The position numbers and the translations under genes are program-made. Below, in pieces: positions 18,881 to 20,828 of a DNA stretch of 20,828 nucleotides. The DNA is from Chiloscyllium plagiosum (Eukaryota), in NCBI RefSeq assembly GCF_004010195.1, contig NC_057718.1, forward strand, positions 71,271,790 to 71,292,617. The letters are read 5' to 3'. Numbering within the stretch: the stretch's first letter is position 1; every line of letters begins with the position of its first letter. Below the pieces are notes generated by a model that was given only the letters and a program-made list of their open reading frames with translations, searched no databases and was not told where the DNA came from.

Positions 18881-20119
18881 AGATGTACACCAGTTTTATG
18901 TCTCCGAACCAAGACCGACCCACCATTTCACAATCCCCACCATTTTCCAGCTCCAGTTATACGAACCATGACTCAACCATCACGAAATATATCTTCCAAC
19001 ATCTATCAAAATATTATGGGAGAGTTGCTCATCACCAACACACAATTTGCAGAGAGAAAGGGGACTTTTGGTTTTGCGAAGGATGAATGTTACATTACGT
19101 TTTACGCCCGTCTATACAGATTTCCTTGTTTGGAATCCCTCTACGTGATTATGTGCAGCCTCGCAGTTCTCGTCGCTATTGGTTGCAGCAGAAGGCAAGA
19201 TTTAACTGGTGTAGGTTTACTCGCTGTTAAATTTTCCATTTGCTCTGAACCTACCTCTCAAACAGTGTATCCTACAACAAACAACCCAAAAATAGCCATT
19301 TCATATATGTGATGCAAAGTATTTCTTCACCTATGTTGCGTTCACGTCAAATGCAATCCATCCTTACCTATTTTTGAAAGGATTATACACGAAGAGGTAA
19401 AATACATCACCATTTACTGCATTCGAGAAAACTGTTTTGGTTTAAGTTATCAGAAAAAGACAATAATATATAGCGTAAGTGCTCATTAAGAAACAAACAT
19501 CACCCACCTATAATATTGATTATCTTTGTACGGAATCAGATCATCTTTTAAATCCATGTAAGCTTCTTTAACCCTTTTGCAGAAATATTTCAGTTCTATA
19601 TACAGAGGATTTTCAAATGAAGCGTCTGAATCCATGGCTTGCTGGTATTCCCAAATGGCGGCTGATTCCTTTCAAGATTGAATATCTTCGGAAACAATAC
19701 GGAATCATCAAAATCTGCCTCTATTTGCCTTTATACTGCGAGCAAATATCGTTTTAAAATGTGTGACGAAATAGATCAGCTGCCCCTTCGTTCGGGAGTG
19801 ATGACGATTAGTCAATAAGATACACACAGTCTTGTGTCAGGAGGAGACCGGCTGCAAACTAGTAGCACTAAGATCCATATGGTCACTGGACAAGTTAACC
19901 CTCTCGATTCATGTCCAAATCTCAACATCATCCTGTCCAAAAGCTGCCACAATATATCCGTGATGGAGGGGTTGAATGTTTAAGGTGATGGGATGTTGAT
20001 CAGGTGGACTGCTTTATATTGGATAAGGGTGAGATTCCAAGTATTGCTGGAGTTGCACTCATCCAGGCAAGTGAAAAATATTTCATCGCACGTCATACGT
20101 GACCGTTTTAGATAGTGGG

Positions 20120-20200
20120 GTCGAGAGTGGGGTGCTGGAAAAGCGCAGCAGGTCAGGCAGCATCCCAGGAATAGGAGAATCGACATTTCAGGCATAAGCC
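20120..20200 (-). mobile_element. PLE terminal fragment truncated inside hammerhead helix II
   Basis: Reverse complement GGCTTATGCCT-GAAA-TGTC-GATTCTCC..GATGCTGCCTGACCTGCTGCGCTTTTCCAGCAC. Confidence 0.8.
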
Positions 20201-20261
20201 AAGAGTTGACTTGCTCGTCACATTCACAGCCTCTTACCTGCTCTTGCAGTGACAGTATTTA

Positions 20262-20540
20262 TAGATTAGATTCCCTCCAGTGTGGAAACAGGCCCTTTGG
20301 CCCAACAAGTCCACACCGACCCTCCAAAGAGTAACCTACCTAATGCACCTAGCAACAAGGACAATTTAGCCAATTCACCTGACCTGCATATCTTTGGAAT
20401 GTGGGAGGAAACCGGAGTACCTGGAGGAAACCCACGCAGACACGGGAGAATGTGGAAACTCCACATAGACAGTCGCCCAAGGCTAGAATCGAACCTGGGA
20501 ACACTGTGAGGCAGCAGTGCTAACCACTGAGCCACTGTGC
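20262..20540 (-). mobile_element. HE1-like SINE, near full length
   Basis: Reverse complement starts GCACAGTGGCTCAGTGGTTAGCACTGCTGCCTCACAG (A box) and has GGTTCGATTC (B box), the central core and a GGAATCTAATCTA tail. Confidence 0.92.
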
Positions 20541-20828
20541 TAGTTAACAGTCTAGTCAATGCTAACTCCAAGTATGGGCATGGTGCAAGATTCAGTTACC
20601 ACTGAATCTCAAGGAGACATGGTTATGTGAGAAACAAAAGCTCACTCACTTTAATAATTTCAGTCCGAGACGAATATCTGAATCCGCCATTTATTGATAC
20701 ACCTATAGGTGGGTGCTTTGTCTAATTACCAGGTAAGGTAATGACAAAATGCACACTATATCCCAAAAAACCCTTACAATTTATACAGTTTCTTTTCCCA
20801 TATGTTTTCCTTATTCCATTGTTTGTTC

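Larger units (their letters stand above)
19963..20600 (-). mobile_element. Old family B LINE fragment interrupted by a PLE terminus and a SINE
   Basis: Reverse complement of CACTTGCCTGGATGAGTGCAACTCCAGCAATAC (about 20040-20075), TATAAATACTGT..CAAGAGCAGGTAAGAGGCT (about 20225-20262) and CATTGACTAGAC (about 20550-20560), colinear with the other copies. Confidence 0.7.

Noticed and set aside
18968..19312. 114-aa ORF with a hydrophobic stretch
   Set aside because: No recognisable domain or splice context, and the length is compatible with chance.
19797..19960. Box C-like GTGATGA (C/D snoRNA)
   Set aside because: No downstream CTGA box D or terminal stem at a suitable distance.
20470..20540. tRNA gene
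   Set aside because: A and B boxes belong to the tRNA-derived SINE head, with no complete cloverleaf.

Overview
Vertebrate, repeat-dense, non-genic DNA. The repeat content (HE1-type tRNA/V-SINEs, several CR1 LINE families, Penelope-like elements, Gypsy LTR elements, a Tx1-like LINE tail) indicates a cartilaginous fish, probably a shark. This assignment comes from motif recognition, not a database search. I see no host protein-coding exon, and nearly all listed ORFs are decayed transposon fragments. Most of the window is a stack of nested insertions that can be reconstructed from target-site duplications (TSDs). Main points of interest: (1) about 8 copies of a minimal type I hammerhead-ribozyme motif on Penelope-like termini (CTGANGA-A-stem II-GAAA, palindromic loop-less helix III ACGT), all damaged; (2) a Penelope unit with an inverted head and a 12-bp TSD; (3) a young Penelope copy spanning the 449-N gap; (4) a probable retroviral gag matrix N-terminus nested in a Gypsy LTR; (5) a Gypsy remnant with Gmr1-type integrase-before-RT/RNase H order; (6) a 43-bp-arm hairpin at a site hit repeatedly by insertions; (7) a CpG-retaining, apparently unique stretch near 18.9-20.0 kb.
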